A DNA stretch of 64,000 nt from Candidatus Adlerbacteria bacterium (GCA_903851045.1 CAINNF010000007.1:11289-75288), one strand, 5' to 3'. Shown: positions 36,371 through 45,724, numbered from the stretch's first letter. Numbers and translations: made by a program. Notes: generated by a model from the letters alone, not told the origin.

Positions 36371-37122
36371 TGAAGGTGATCGTCGGCACGCCGCCGCAGC
36401 AGGCGAATCCGAAGTTTCCTGAAGAAAATAGTCTGGCCCGCCTGGCTGGCCTCCAGCCTGGACGGGAGACCCAAGGACTTTTTCGGAGGGAAACTTCGGA
36501 TTCGCCTGCTGTCTTAATGGTAGAAGATCTCTCGTGGGAAAAAACCTCGATAGATGAAGTGCTCGCCATGGCGACGACCATGTCGCTGATGGGGGACATG
36601 AGCATTTTTCGGTTCTCAGGCGCACTTAGTGGCGAGCTGGCGGATGAGTTCTTGGATATAGCGAAGGATCTGGTCGCTTCGCCACACCAGTTCATCTTTA
36701 CCGAAGACAAATTGCTCAAACGGCCGACCGACATACTTACGAAGGCGGGTGTTGAGCTGGTGGTGTACCCGGCGACTAAAAAGGAAGAAGGATTTAATAT
36801 GTTCTCGATAACGAGCACGTTCGCTGTGCGTGACCGAAAGAAGCTCTGGCTACAGATGCATGAGGCGCTGCGTGCTGGCGCGGTACCTGAGGCTATCGCA
36901 GGCATGTTGCACTGGAAAGTGCGCGACATGCTTGCCCATAGAAGCTCCAGCGAAGGCGGGCTACAAGGAGAGAGGAAACCCAGCAACTCGACTCGTCCGG
37001 CTGGGTACTCGACCGAAGAATTGCGGGATATCTCAAGTCGGTTGGTGGTACTGTATCACGACTCGCACCGTGGCGCGGGAGATCTTGCGCTATTGCTTGA
37101 GCGTTTCGTATTGATGCTATAA
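36367..37122 (+). CDS. DNA polymerase III delta subunit (HolA)-like protein
   Basis: ATGA overlap with the polA stop. C-terminal region FAVRDRKKLWLQMHEALRAGAVPEAIAGMLHWKVRDML resembles the HolA C-terminal helical domain. An alternative start at 36517 would leave the repeat element in the 5' UTR. Confidence 0.5.
   Translation: MMKVIVGTPPQQANPKFPEENSLARLAGLQPGRETQGLFRRETSDSPAVLMVEDLSWEKTSIDEVLAMATTMSLMGDMSIFRFSGALSGELADEFLDIAKDLVASPHQFIFTEDKLLKRPTDILTKAGVELVVYPATKKEEGFNMFSITSTFAVRDRKKLWLQMHEALRAGAVPEAIAGMLHWKVRDMLAHRSSSEGGLQGERKPSNSTRPAGYSTEELRDISSRLVVLYHDSHRGAGDLALLLERFVLML
36410..36498. repeat. Palindromic repeat element copy 3 (reverse orientation) with flanking inverted repeat cgaagtttcc...ggaaacttcg
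   Basis: Reverse complement of the core at 36425-36482. Lies within the first 45 codons of the holA-like ORF, or in its 5' UTR if the downstream start is used. Confidence 0.8.
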
Positions 37123-37132
37123 TGGTGTCATT

Positions 37133-37813
37133 ATGGGTAGTAAACTCCTGCTACTGTTCTCTGTGTTGTTCGTGGTTGGTGGGGTGGCATTTATGACCGC
37201 CTTCTCGCTCAATGCATTGCCTCCGTCGATATACACCTACACATACCAGATCTTTTCGTTTGGACCTCCCCGGTCAGAGTATCCCTACCTCACCAAGTTC
37301 GAGGGTCATTGGCAGACCGAGCTTACTCCGACGATTGCGCAGACGGAGCTCGCGTCATGTGCGCCCCGGTCTGGTATCCTAATAATCCACAATGGACAGG
37401 TCACCGGGACGCCAGGCGGACTCAACGACTACCTATCGGTCACCGCAGTGGTCGACCAGGAGGGTAATCTTGTCGGTAAGACGGTCCGAGGTGGTAGTGG
37501 GAACGATGGCACCATCACCGGCACCATCGTCAAAACAGACGGAAACGGTGTGTGGGCCGACATGTTAGGTTGTAAGGGAACGTTTACCATGCATAAGATC
37601 GATCTGTACGAGGACCCCTCGAAAGGAATCCTGACCTCGTATACCGGGGAGGTGACGCTTATTCGAGATGGAGCGTCACGTCTGCCCGTCCCTGGAGAGC
37701 CTATTTATGTTGGGGACGAGATAGATGTACCAGATGGCGGCGAAGCATATTTGTCGATAGGATTCCAGACCACGAACATACCTGGTGGGCAAAAGTATGT
37801 GGTCAAGGAGTAG
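37133..37813 (+). CDS. Hypothetical membrane-anchored protein
   Basis: MGSKLLLLFSVLFVVGGVAFMTAF TM helix followed by a G/T-rich beta-type domain. Confidence 0.45.
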   Translation: MGSKLLLLFSVLFVVGGVAFMTAFSLNALPPSIYTYTYQIFSFGPPRSEYPYLTKFEGHWQTELTPTIAQTELASCAPRSGILIIHNGQVTGTPGGLNDYLSVTAVVDQEGNLVGKTVRGGSGNDGTITGTIVKTDGNGVWADMLGCKGTFTMHKIDLYEDPSKGILTSYTGEVTLIRDGASRLPVPGEPIYVGDEIDVPDGGEAYLSIGFQTTNIPGGQKYVVKE

Positions 37814-37888
37814 CACAGCACTACAAAATATAGCGCGTTTCTGATATAGTGCTGTCAATCTGTGTATCGCGTGTATACGGAGGCAATC

Positions 37889-37961
37889 CCGCCCATAGCT
37901 CAGTCGGTAGAGCAGCTCCCTTTTAAGGAGACGGTCGTTGGTTCGAATCCAACTGGGCGGA
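37889..37961 (+). tRNA. tRNA-Lys (anticodon TTT)
   Basis: CCGCCCA-TA-GCTCAGTCGGTAGAGC-A-GCTCC-CTTTTAA-GGAGA-CGGTC-GTTGG-TTCGAAT-CCAAC-TGGGCGG-A cloverleaf. 7-bp acceptor stem pairs perfectly; anticodon loop CTTTTAA; no encoded CCA. Confidence 0.85.
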
Positions 37962-39524
37962 CAGAAATTGGTGTAATATAACCCCCTTATTTTGAGCGAT
38001 TTCTTGAGCTTTCTTGGTTTCTTGTGAGCGATAGAATGCTGCTTCGAGTTTCAAAAGTGCATCGAAAAGAGGGGCAGGAATGGCGCTTATTATAACTCCG
38101 TTGACGACTTCGAACCGCTCCCAGAAAAAGAGCAGGTACTGTCGTTGTAGTTCGGGTGATGCTTTTTTGTATGCAGCACAAATGTCTCGTGTGAGCAGGA
38201 GTATCTCGCGCGCAACCTCGACGTTTACCTCTCGTTGGTCTTCGAGTTGGAGCAATTCGTTGTTGATTTGGTCTATGTCTGTCTGCAATTCTTTGCGTAT
38301 GCGCGTGAAGTCCTCGTCGGAGAGTGTGCTCGAAAAGAGCTTTTCTTCTGCGATTTTGCGCTTTGACTCAAGTCCTGTGCGGCGATTAACGAACCCTTGC
38401 CGCTTCGCATCGTACTTTTTGCGTCGTTCTAGGAATATCTGTCGTGCGTTGTCTATGACCACGCCGACAAACTCGTCGGAGAAATCTATGTCTCTGAACT
38501 TATCGGCCACCGCATCCTCCAGTGCTGTGTGCTCAATGTATTTTCCGCACCCTTTCGGGTTGGTGCAGTGGTAGTACGCCTTCTTTTTGTTCATGTGCCA
38601 TTCGGCAGCGTAGCGACGACCGTGCCGAGGACAGGTTACAAGTCCCGCAAGTAGCCAGACGTATTTACGACGACGACAGGCGTGCTTGTTCTTTTCTTCG
38701 AGTATCATCTGTACGCGGTCAAACGTCTCTTGGTCGATTAACGGCTCATGTTTGCCTTTGAGTACGTCGATACCGCCCCAGTGAATCTCGCCGAGATAGA
38801 GGCGATTGCGCAGCAGATTGTATAGGCTGTTGAGTTGCAGTCGGCTACCTTGTCGGTTGCGTAATCCTTTGACGTGCATGATGTCGGACAGCTCCGCGAC
38901 GCTGATGTCGCCGCGTGCGTAGCGGTGGAATGTCTCGGTTACAAGCGGTCCCGACACTGGATCGGTGGCGATGATGTTTCTGCCTATTCGTCCTGCAAGC
39001 GGGTTCGGGTTCTTGGTGTTGTAGTATCCTGTGGGCGGATAGGTGGGGAAGTAGCCCTCTTTGGCGATTTCGCGCATCACGCCTTGTACTTTCTCCGCAG
39101 TTATCAGACGCTGCAGCTGCGAGAAGGTCATCATCATAGTGCCGACCGTGAGACCCATTGCGCTTTCGTTGTCTATCATTGGCTCGTTGATGCTGATGAG
39201 TACGGCTCCTTTCGATTTCAGGAGTTCTTGGAAGATGAGGTAGTCTTTGACGTTGCGCCCAATACGGTCGCTGTGTACGACGTAGACCGCTTGCACTTTC
39301 TTCTCGTGGATGAGCTGTATGAGTGTGCGTATCGCGGGGCGGTTCATGTCCTTGCCGCTCTTGCCCTCGTCTTTGAGTGCGGGCAGTAGGGTGTATCCGT
39401 CGCGGAGGATCCGCTCGTTGCAGATTCTTTCTTGTGCTTCGATAGACAAGCCCTCCTTGGCCTGCTCATCGGTTGATACCCTACAATAAGTTACGGCTGT
39501 TTTGTTTTGATTAATAGTTGGCAT
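37923..39524 (-). CDS. Large serine recombinase (phage-type serine integrase)
   Basis: N-terminal resolvase catalytic domain (AVTYCRVSTDEQ ... GLSIEAQE ... RIGRN), recombinase domain, and zinc-ribbon CxxH...C region (LAGLVTCPRHGRRYAAEW...YYHCTNPKGCGK). The last 13 codons are antisense to the tRNA-Lys anticodon-to-T-arm region. Confidence 0.85.
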   Translation of the reverse strand: MPTINQNKTAVTYCRVSTDEQAKEGLSIEAQERICNERILRDGYTLLPALKDEGKSGKDMNRPAIRTLIQLIHEKKVQAVYVVHSDRIGRNVKDYLIFQELLKSKGAVLISINEPMIDNESAMGLTVGTMMMTFSQLQRLITAEKVQGVMREIAKEGYFPTYPPTGYYNTKNPNPLAGRIGRNIIATDPVSGPLVTETFHRYARGDISVAELSDIMHVKGLRNRQGSRLQLNSLYNLLRNRLYLGEIHWGGIDVLKGKHEPLIDQETFDRVQMILEEKNKHACRRRKYVWLLAGLVTCPRHGRRYAAEWHMNKKKAYYHCTNPKGCGKYIEHTALEDAVADKFRDIDFSDEFVGVVIDNARQIFLERRKKYDAKRQGFVNRRTGLESKRKIAEEKLFSSTLSDEDFTRIRKELQTDIDQINNELLQLEDQREVNVEVAREILLLTRDICAAYKKASPELQRQYLLFFWERFEVVNGVIISAIPAPLFDALLKLEAAFYRSQETKKAQEIAQNKGVILHQFLSAQLDSNQRPSP

Positions 39525-39677
39525 GGTGTTGTGATGGTAAATACGCACCTTGGAAACACAAACCGGTTTTTCCACACTTACCAGTGAGAGTGGTTCTTTT
39601 TCCTTGAGGAGGGTATAGAATTAATTTTTTAATTTCATTTTAATAATTAATTATTGTCCTAACTTTCTTATGGTTGG

Positions 39678-40139
39678 TTACTGAAGATTTTTAGGTTTCG
39701 CTCTACTCCTTTTTTCTCCCCGCTCACGTTCTATCCTTCGCTGAATTGCGTCGAGTTTGCCCTGCGCCATTGGTGCGAGTCGCCACTGTATCGTGCCTAG
39801 CCGTTTATGCCGCCCGCCTTTTTCTAGAACATCTCTTACTCGTAGATGCTCAAGCGATTGGTTTACTGTCACATCGCTCACATTTAGTGATTTTGCGAGC
39901 GATTTTTGCCCTATGTAACACCACCCGGTTTGTCGAGAGAGCGAATATATCTCAGCCACCAATAGTGCCTCGGTAGGACTAAACCCGAACTGATCCGTGA
40001 GACCAAAGTACACGATTGCGTACATGCCCTCACGGTTGGTTCGGTCGGCGACAAACTCGTTCGCTGGCTCGCTTGCGTCAGAGTCTCCTTGTGGCGGAGT
40101 CGGAGGCGTGACAAAGTCCCCGAGTTTAGTCATTTCCAT
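39678..40139 (-). CDS. Winged-helix DNA-binding protein (replisome-organizer / RepA_N-like N-terminal domain), element-encoded
   Basis: GWCYIGQKSLAKSLNVSDVTVNQSLEHLRVRDVLEK resembles phage replisome-organiser HTH domains; basic C-terminus. Confidence 0.45.
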   Translation of the reverse strand: MEMTKLGDFVTPPTPPQGDSDASEPANEFVADRTNREGMYAIVYFGLTDQFGFSPTEALLVAEIYSLSRQTGWCYIGQKSLAKSLNVSDVTVNQSLEHLRVRDVLEKGGRHKRLGTIQWRLAPMAQGKLDAIQRRIERERGEKRSRAKPKNLQ

Positions 40140-40142
40140 GGT

Positions 40143-40325
40143 CTAGTAGGGGATAGTCTCAAACGTCACGTCGTCACCCTCTTGGTCGAGGTCGTCCGTG
40201 TCCTCGATATTTTTCCTTAGCTGGTGGGCATCGTATAGCGTCTGGATTAGATTGTCTTCGATTGCCCTAACTTTGGTGATGTTGCTGTGCTCTCGTGCAG
40301 TTTCGCCCTTGGTCTTAGTTGGCAT
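40143..40325 (-). CDS. Small hypothetical acidic protein (60 aa)
   Basis: ORF in operon orientation immediately downstream of the HTH gene. Confidence 0.3.
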   Translation of the reverse strand: MPTKTKGETAREHSNITKVRAIEDNLIQTLYDAHQLRKNIEDTDDLDQEGDDVTFETIPY

Positions 40326-40534
40326 AGTTGTTCTGCTGATTAGCGCCCCCTTTTAAATGCTTCGTCGATGGCGGCGACAAGGATATGTGCGAAGACGCGT
40401 GCAGCAGCGTCCCGCTGCGCGCTTATATCGACCTTTTCTCGCGTGTCCTTCCCACCTGTCATCGTGGTGGTAAGCGTAAAAGAAAAGACGTCGTCCAACA
40501 GCCGACATTTTCTTAACCACGAAATGTCCCTTGC

Positions 40535-41341
40535 TTATTTTTTGATATTTTTAATGTGTCTCTGTAGGGCTTTTTTGGTTGTGTCTGGATTTTTTGGCAC
40601 AGCATAGCCGAGTTTTTTAAGTCCACTATCTATGTCCAGAAAATCTTCGATCTCTATACCTCTTTGCGAGAGAAACTTTTTTGCATTTTGTTGATTAATA
40701 ATGCCCGATACCCTGAGAACGCCTAATTTACTTAGCTCAATAAGCTTTTCGTTTCGAACTGACTGTGTTCTGGTTTTTATCCTCGTCTGAAAACGGGTGC
40801 GCTGCCAATCTATGTCCTGTGTCTCTATTTCACTCCAATTTTCACTCTTAAGACTAGCTTCTTTCTCATACGCAACCTGCATTTGCAAGTTTTCTATTTC
40901 ACTCCAATTTTGCTTAAGAAATGATATTGTCCTATTCAGAGTTGCTTCAGGGTAGATGTACAAAATTGAAGCATCCGCCTTTTGATCTAGAGCACATCCC
41001 ACAGTTTTTTCAATTCCTGTAAATCTCCAATTATCGCTTGGCATATGCTGACCAAAAATTACATACGCTCGGACAATATCCTCTAGGTGATGTCCTAACT
41101 CATGTTTTCGCAAAATATCTGCAACCCCCGTTTCAACAACTTGTTCAGATCCTCCCGGTACATGATTCAGCCAGTTGAAGAAGTACTCGTTCTCGTCCTT
41201 TTTGAGTAGTTTTTCAACGTTTAGCCCGTCAGCGTCGATTTTTGCTCTTTTGCGTAATTCTGCGACGTCTGTAACAAAATCTCTCCGCTCTTTGATGTGG
41301 TTGAAGTGCTCCAATATTCCCTTGTCCGTTCGCCAACTCAT
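40535..41341 (-). CDS. Hypothetical protein (268 aa, AT-rich gene, internal ENWSEIE tandem mini-repeat)
   Basis: Long ORF in the low-GC element; no recognised motif. Confidence 0.45.
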   Translation of the reverse strand: MSWRTDKGILEHFNHIKERRDFVTDVAELRKRAKIDADGLNVEKLLKKDENEYFFNWLNHVPGGSEQVVETGVADILRKHELGHHLEDIVRAYVIFGQHMPSDNWRFTGIEKTVGCALDQKADASILYIYPEATLNRTISFLKQNWSEIENLQMQVAYEKEASLKSENWSEIETQDIDWQRTRFQTRIKTRTQSVRNEKLIELSKLGVLRVSGIINQQNAKKFLSQRGIEIEDFLDIDSGLKKLGYAVPKNPDTTKKALQRHIKNIKK

Positions 41342-41562
41342 AGTGTGATATTACCAGATTTTGGTGATATACTGGCCGCGTGCGCGAGAAACAGCGTACC
41401 AAAACTGAATATTCAAGCAAGTAGCCTAAACCATCCTACGGGGTGGCATGGCGAAAGCGAGAGAAGTCGTATAAGGCACAGAGAACCCTCACGGGTTGCC
41501 TTATACGCCGTACCGGGAAACTGGTACGAGGAGCCTCGGCTCCTACCGTGGGGGCTTTTTGT
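41342..41562 (+). ncRNA. GC-rich structured leader / candidate cis-regulatory RNA upstream of the HhH-motif gene
   Basis: Extended -10 (tggtgatatact) at about 41365, then nested perfect stems (cgtataaggca...tgccttatacg; ggagcctcggctcc) and a gggggcttttt terminator-like end immediately before the ATG at 41563. Overlapping ORFs are short and on mixed strands. Confidence 0.3.
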
Positions 41563-42159
41563 ATGAATATCCAAAGCTATATAAAATACCACTTGCTCGA
41601 AACCGAGTATCTCGAAAAAGAGGTGCACTCATTTTTCCACAAAAACCATCACCTTACGCCCGAGCATTTTCTTGCAATCATCATCTGGAAGTCGAATCGC
41701 TCAAAAAAATACGTCATCAAGGGACTAAAAGAGATGCAAGAAATAGGAAGAACTGTAAAGACGATAACCGAAGAAGTGTACGATGCTGGAGAAAATCAAA
41801 ACAAAGACAGACAGGTTGAAATATTAACAGACATCTACGGCATCGGTATTCCCATAGCATCAGCGATTCTCACTATTTTGTATCCCGACAGGTTTACCAT
41901 CTATGATATTTATTTACACGAACAACTCAATGGAAATGAGTTCAAAAAATATTGCAATAACGCACCATTTTCAAAAATTATCGGTACAGACAAGAAGGAT
42001 AGGGAAAAGTATTTTAAGTTTGTCGACATTGTAAAAGAGATTGCCGAAAAAGAGACAGGGAACGATCTTCGCAAGTGCGACCGGGCTTTGTGGGGTAAGT
42101 CTTGGTACAACGGTCTTAAGCAAAGTGTGGAGAAGTCAGGTTTGGTATTTCGTGAGTAG
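41563..42159 (+). CDS. Hypothetical protein with helix-hairpin-helix-like motif
   Basis: DIYGIGIPIASAILTILYPDRFTIYD resembles HhH DNA-binding motifs; 198 aa; AT-rich. Confidence 0.4.
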   Translation: MNIQSYIKYHLLETEYLEKEVHSFFHKNHHLTPEHFLAIIIWKSNRSKKYVIKGLKEMQEIGRTVKTITEEVYDAGENQNKDRQVEILTDIYGIGIPIASAILTILYPDRFTIYDIYLHEQLNGNEFKKYCNNAPFSKIIGTDKKDREKYFKFVDIVKEIAEKETGNDLRKCDRALWGKSWYNGLKQSVEKSGLVFRE

Positions 42160-42194
42160 TAATTATTATTCGCAACGTAACAGTAAAAAACAAT

Positions 42195-43295
42195 ATGAAA
42201 AACAGCTTTTCAAAAATAGTTCCAGTCGCCGCCTTTCTTCTTCTCGTCGTTCCGCAGATAGCTTTTGCCGCGTGGTGGAATCCTATATCTTGGAGTGTGT
42301 GGGGTGCAATTGAGAGTATTTTCGTGGGAAGTCCGCAACCTGTTACCGTAGCAACAAGCACACCAGACAACACTGCAATACCTACTCTTACAAACGCAGG
42401 GAGCAACAAAGACACGCAGATACTACCCACTCGAACAACAAAGAGTGCAGGTACTTCAATTCGAGCAACGCAACCGAAGCAAACGGCTATATCTGCAACA
42501 ACACAGACATCAGTAATTCCTACCCAACCGCAAGCACCTGTTGTCTCTAGCCAGCAGCTACAGACCGCTATTGCCAACTATCAGGCGCAAACAGCTCTCA
42601 ACTACCTGCAAACAATGATTCCACAGTTGCTAGTCATTGCTGGATCCGAACAGTCCGAGTTTAACGACCTTAGCCAATCAAAAAATCAATCGAGACAAAA
42701 TTGTCAGCAGATGGCGCAACAGGCAGCAACAGCAATTACAAACACTTATCAGCAAAGTACACAGAACAATACGGGTATAAACTTATCGGGGTTTGGATTC
42801 ATCCAAAATCAAACACAAACATTGCAGCAAGAAATGCAACAGCAAGAGCAAGCTGCACTCGCAAGCAATCAATCACAAGAAAATCTCTGCCTGTCTCAAT
42901 TCCCAGAAGGATCCGATGACTCCGTATTGCAGCAACTCACACAGGTTGTGAATCAACTCAATACACTATCGCAACAGGTGCAAAACAATCCAACCTCTGT
43001 GTCAGATATTGCCTCTCTCGTGCAGCAGTACAATTCTCTAGAGTCGCAAGTGATACATCTCAATGGTGAGCTTCCCACTCCAGTGTTGCCCATTTCTTTC
43101 CCAACGCAAGCATCCGCGCCAACCGTAGGCAATGTCAATTGTAGCTTGTCTGGCAGTAGTTTTACGTGCATAGGACCGAATACAAATACAGACTGCGCAA
43201 TCAGCGGATCCTCCGTAAATTGCATAGGAGCGAGAGCTGGTCAAAATATGTCCTGCACAGGTGTTGGCGGCTCTCTCAATTGTGTCTCCTATTAG
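42195..43295 (+). CDS. Secreted Q/T-rich protein with Cys-rich C-terminus
   Basis: Signal peptide MKNSFSKIVPVAAFLLLVVPQIAFA; C-terminal CSLSGSSFTCIGPNTNTDCAISGSSVNCIGARAGQNMSCTGVGGSLNC. Confidence 0.5.
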   Translation: MKNSFSKIVPVAAFLLLVVPQIAFAAWWNPISWSVWGAIESIFVGSPQPVTVATSTPDNTAIPTLTNAGSNKDTQILPTRTTKSAGTSIRATQPKQTAISATTQTSVIPTQPQAPVVSSQQLQTAIANYQAQTALNYLQTMIPQLLVIAGSEQSEFNDLSQSKNQSRQNCQQMAQQAATAITNTYQQSTQNNTGINLSGFGFIQNQTQTLQQEMQQQEQAALASNQSQENLCLSQFPEGSDDSVLQQLTQVVNQLNTLSQQVQNNPTSVSDIASLVQQYNSLESQVIHLNGELPTPVLPISFPTQASAPTVGNVNCSLSGSSFTCIGPNTNTDCAISGSSVNCIGARAGQNMSCTGVGGSLNCVSY

Positions 43296-43318
43296 TTGTG
43301 TACTGTTGGTAACTCATA

Positions 43319-43825
43319 ATGCACAAGAAACTTATCACCGAGCGAATCGCACGACTGGGTAAACTCCTGTATAGGGTAGTGTGCATTTGTTTGATGCTTT
43401 TTGGTGCGTGTGGCGTGATAGGACTTTTGCTCGACCTTGTCCCACCCGCTCCACCCTCTCCAGAACAGCAGGAACAGCAAAAGATAGCAGCCGCTGCCGA
43501 AGCATCGAGTACGACCATACTAGAAGCAACAAACAGAAAGGTGCGCATGGCTGCTAGCGAACTTCTCACCCTCCGTTGCCCGGGAGACTACGAAGACGTA
43601 AACGAAAGAGCAAAAGCATTATTTGCTTTCACCAACGACTTCTACGCCGAGAATCCGCAAGCAAGTGGTGACGATTATGCCACCGCGCGCATAGACTTCT
43701 ACATTACGCATCGGTGCTACGATAGTTTGCAGGACTATGGTTATGGGCTAGATGGTCCAATTACTCCGCAGATACGCCAGCAGCTTATTGAAACAATGCG
43801 GGCAGACGTAGAGAGTGGCAACTAG
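43319..43825 (+). CDS. Hypothetical membrane-anchored protein
   Basis: LLYRVVCICLMLFGACGVIGLLL TM helix; 168 aa. Confidence 0.4.
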   Translation: MHKKLITERIARLGKLLYRVVCICLMLFGACGVIGLLLDLVPPAPPSPEQQEQQKIAAAAEASSTTILEATNRKVRMAASELLTLRCPGDYEDVNERAKALFAFTNDFYAENPQASGDDYATARIDFYITHRCYDSLQDYGYGLDGPITPQIRQQLIETMRADVESGN

Positions 43826-43990
43826 TGCATTCCGCTAGTTGCTCTTTGCACACAGGCGTTTAGGCGGCAAGAACGCGGCATTACGCGCTGTGGAGCGGTA
43901 CGAGGAACAGTGATAATGTTACTGTAGCAGATAACTTAAAAAGATGTTTTGCAGATTCATTTACTTTGTTATTAACAATAGTTTTCTGAT

Positions 43991-44686
43991 ATGAAAGATA
44001 AAGACAAAATAATTGCAAAACAAGCAGGAACCACTGCTATTCTGGCAGCCGCGACTGCGGTTGATAGTACACAGTTTGCAGGGTATCCGCTTTTAAACAC
44101 AGCCGTATCACTTTTCCTTAGTCTGTACGGTGCGGCAGCGGAATTGCGCTCTAATCGAGCGATTGAATTTATCCAGTTTATACAAGAAAATCCAGGTGCG
44201 TTTGTTGCTGATTTTGTTAAAACGAGCGAGTTCCAAGATTCTTTTGTATATACGCTTGAAAAGTATATTCGTGAACGTAATAATAAAAAAAGAGACACGA
44301 TCAAAAAAATATTTTTAGGATACGCGGATTCAAACGATAAGGAGAGTTTCGAGCTTGAGAGAATGATTAACACTCTATCGCTGATGAGTTTTGATGGTAT
44401 ACGATTGTTGATTACTCTAAAACCATTACTCGAAAAAGCGAATAAGAATCAGTCTCTTTCAGAATATTTATTGGAGTACTTAGTCCAAGATTCGAATAAC
44501 CATCCCGACAAGTATAAACTGCCTGCAAATACAAATATTCGGGAGATTTGGGCAGATGCTGAGACTGATTTAATTAGTATTGGTTTGTTGCGTACATATA
44601 ATATTCCTCGCTACGACGGTTCGCGTTATCACGACTATGATGTTACAAGATTTGGTGAGGAGTTTATGAAATACATAGCAAACTAA
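43991..44686 (+). CDS. Hypothetical protein (231 aa, AT-rich)
   Basis: ORF within the low-GC element; no recognised motif. Confidence 0.4.
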   Translation: MKDKDKIIAKQAGTTAILAAATAVDSTQFAGYPLLNTAVSLFLSLYGAAAELRSNRAIEFIQFIQENPGAFVADFVKTSEFQDSFVYTLEKYIRERNNKKRDTIKKIFLGYADSNDKESFELERMINTLSLMSFDGIRLLITLKPLLEKANKNQSLSEYLLEYLVQDSNNHPDKYKLPANTNIREIWADAETDLISIGLLRTYNIPRYDGSRYHDYDVTRFGEEFMKYIAN

Positions 44687-44843
44687 TACTCCAGAATTAA
44701 AAGCAATTTTTATACTGTCTTGGACTGCTCCGCTCGCACGAGCATGCCAATAAAACCCACCTGTTGAGCTAGTTTTTGCATGTATGTCCTGTCCGACAAA
44801 AGGTTTATAATTATGTTATATTCGGGGGACCAAAGATGATAGA

Positions 44844-45317
44844 TTAGCGACCTTTGTGTGTGAGTGCGAACAGGGCGATGCCTGCGGTGACGGAGACGTT
44901 GAGCGACTCTTTTTTTCCATGCATGGGGATCTCGAGGATTACGTCGCATTTTTTGAGGAGTGGTTGAGAGATACCCCTGACTTCGTTGCCGAGCAGTACT
45001 GCGAGTGGCTGGTCGGTTGGTGGATGCCACTCGAACAAGGGGGTAGAGTGCTCGTCCTGCTCTATCGCTACCAGTAGGTACTTTTCTTTCCGTACTCTTG
45101 TGAGAGTCGCTCCGAGCGTTTTTACATATCTCCACGGCATCGTCTTCTCTGCGCCGAGCGCCACCTTGGCGAGATCTTTTCGTGGCTGGTTGAACCTGTC
45201 CAGAGGTGTCGGCGTGTAACCAGAGAGGATGATCTCGGACACGCCAGCAGCGTCAGCTGTGCGGAATATTGAGCCAACGTTATGCACGCTCCGGATATTG
45301 TGGAGGATGAGCAGCAT
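44844..45317 (-). CDS. SpoU/TrmH-family RNA 2'-O-methyltransferase (TrmL-like)
   Basis: MLLILHNIRSVHNVGSIFRTADAAGVSEIIL ... LLGNEVRGIS ... SLNVSVTAGIALF SPOUT motifs; 157 aa. Confidence 0.8.
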   Translation of the reverse strand: MLLILHNIRSVHNVGSIFRTADAAGVSEIILSGYTPTPLDRFNQPRKDLAKVALGAEKTMPWRYVKTLGATLTRVRKEKYLLVAIEQDEHSTPLFEWHPPTDQPLAVLLGNEVRGISQPLLKKCDVILEIPMHGKKESLNVSVTAGIALFALTHKGR

Positions 45318-45719
45318 CTACAGCCGAATATCGAACCCAAGCGCGCCAGCCCCGAGGAACAGAAGCGCCGCGCACATTACTGTGAGCAGGATGTTGGTCG
45401 AGCGGCCAAACGGCGTGAGCGAACCAAAGCGCTTCATGATGAACGTGTGCTTGAGAGCGATGATACCGCCAACTATCGCCGCCCACTGTGTGTACAGACC
45501 AACGAACAAAAAGAACGCAGTGAGAAGAGTGATGCTTGCGGACATCTGCACCATCCATCGTTTTGGCTTACCAATGATAGGAAACAGAGCCTCTTCTATG
45601 TTCGTACTGTGTCGAAACAGGTGCTGTGCGATAAAAATGAAGTAGATCGCAACGACCATGCGCAACACGGTCGGCACGAAGAAACTGTAATCAAGCAGGT
45701 GGGGAAATGGGTTCAGCAT
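45318..45719 (-). CDS. DoxX-like small polytopic membrane protein
   Basis: Four predicted TM helices in 133 aa; abuts the spoU start. Confidence 0.45.
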   Translation of the reverse strand: MLNPFPHLLDYSFFVPTVLRMVVAIYFIFIAQHLFRHSTNIEEALFPIIGKPKRWMVQMSASITLLTAFFLFVGLYTQWAAIVGGIIALKHTFIMKRFGSLTPFGRSTNILLTVMCAALLFLGAGALGFDIRL

Positions 45720-45724
45720 ATGGG

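Larger units (their letters stand above)
37923..44840. mobile_element. Putative integrated element (about 7 kb, AT-rich) next to tRNA-Lys
   Basis: Serine integrase overlapping the tRNA 3' half; sharp drop in GC from about 39.6 kb to about 44.8 kb; cargo of a winged-helix DNA-binding protein, small ORFs and secreted proteins; GC returns to background at spoU (44844). Right boundary approximate; no direct repeat of the tRNA end found. Confidence 0.45.

Noticed and set aside
44687-44843. Possible att-site repeat (shared cggacag heptamer between the tRNA-Lys/int junction and about 44800)
   Set aside because: Too short to distinguish from chance. Serine integrases need only a 2-bp crossover, so the element's right boundary is left approximate.
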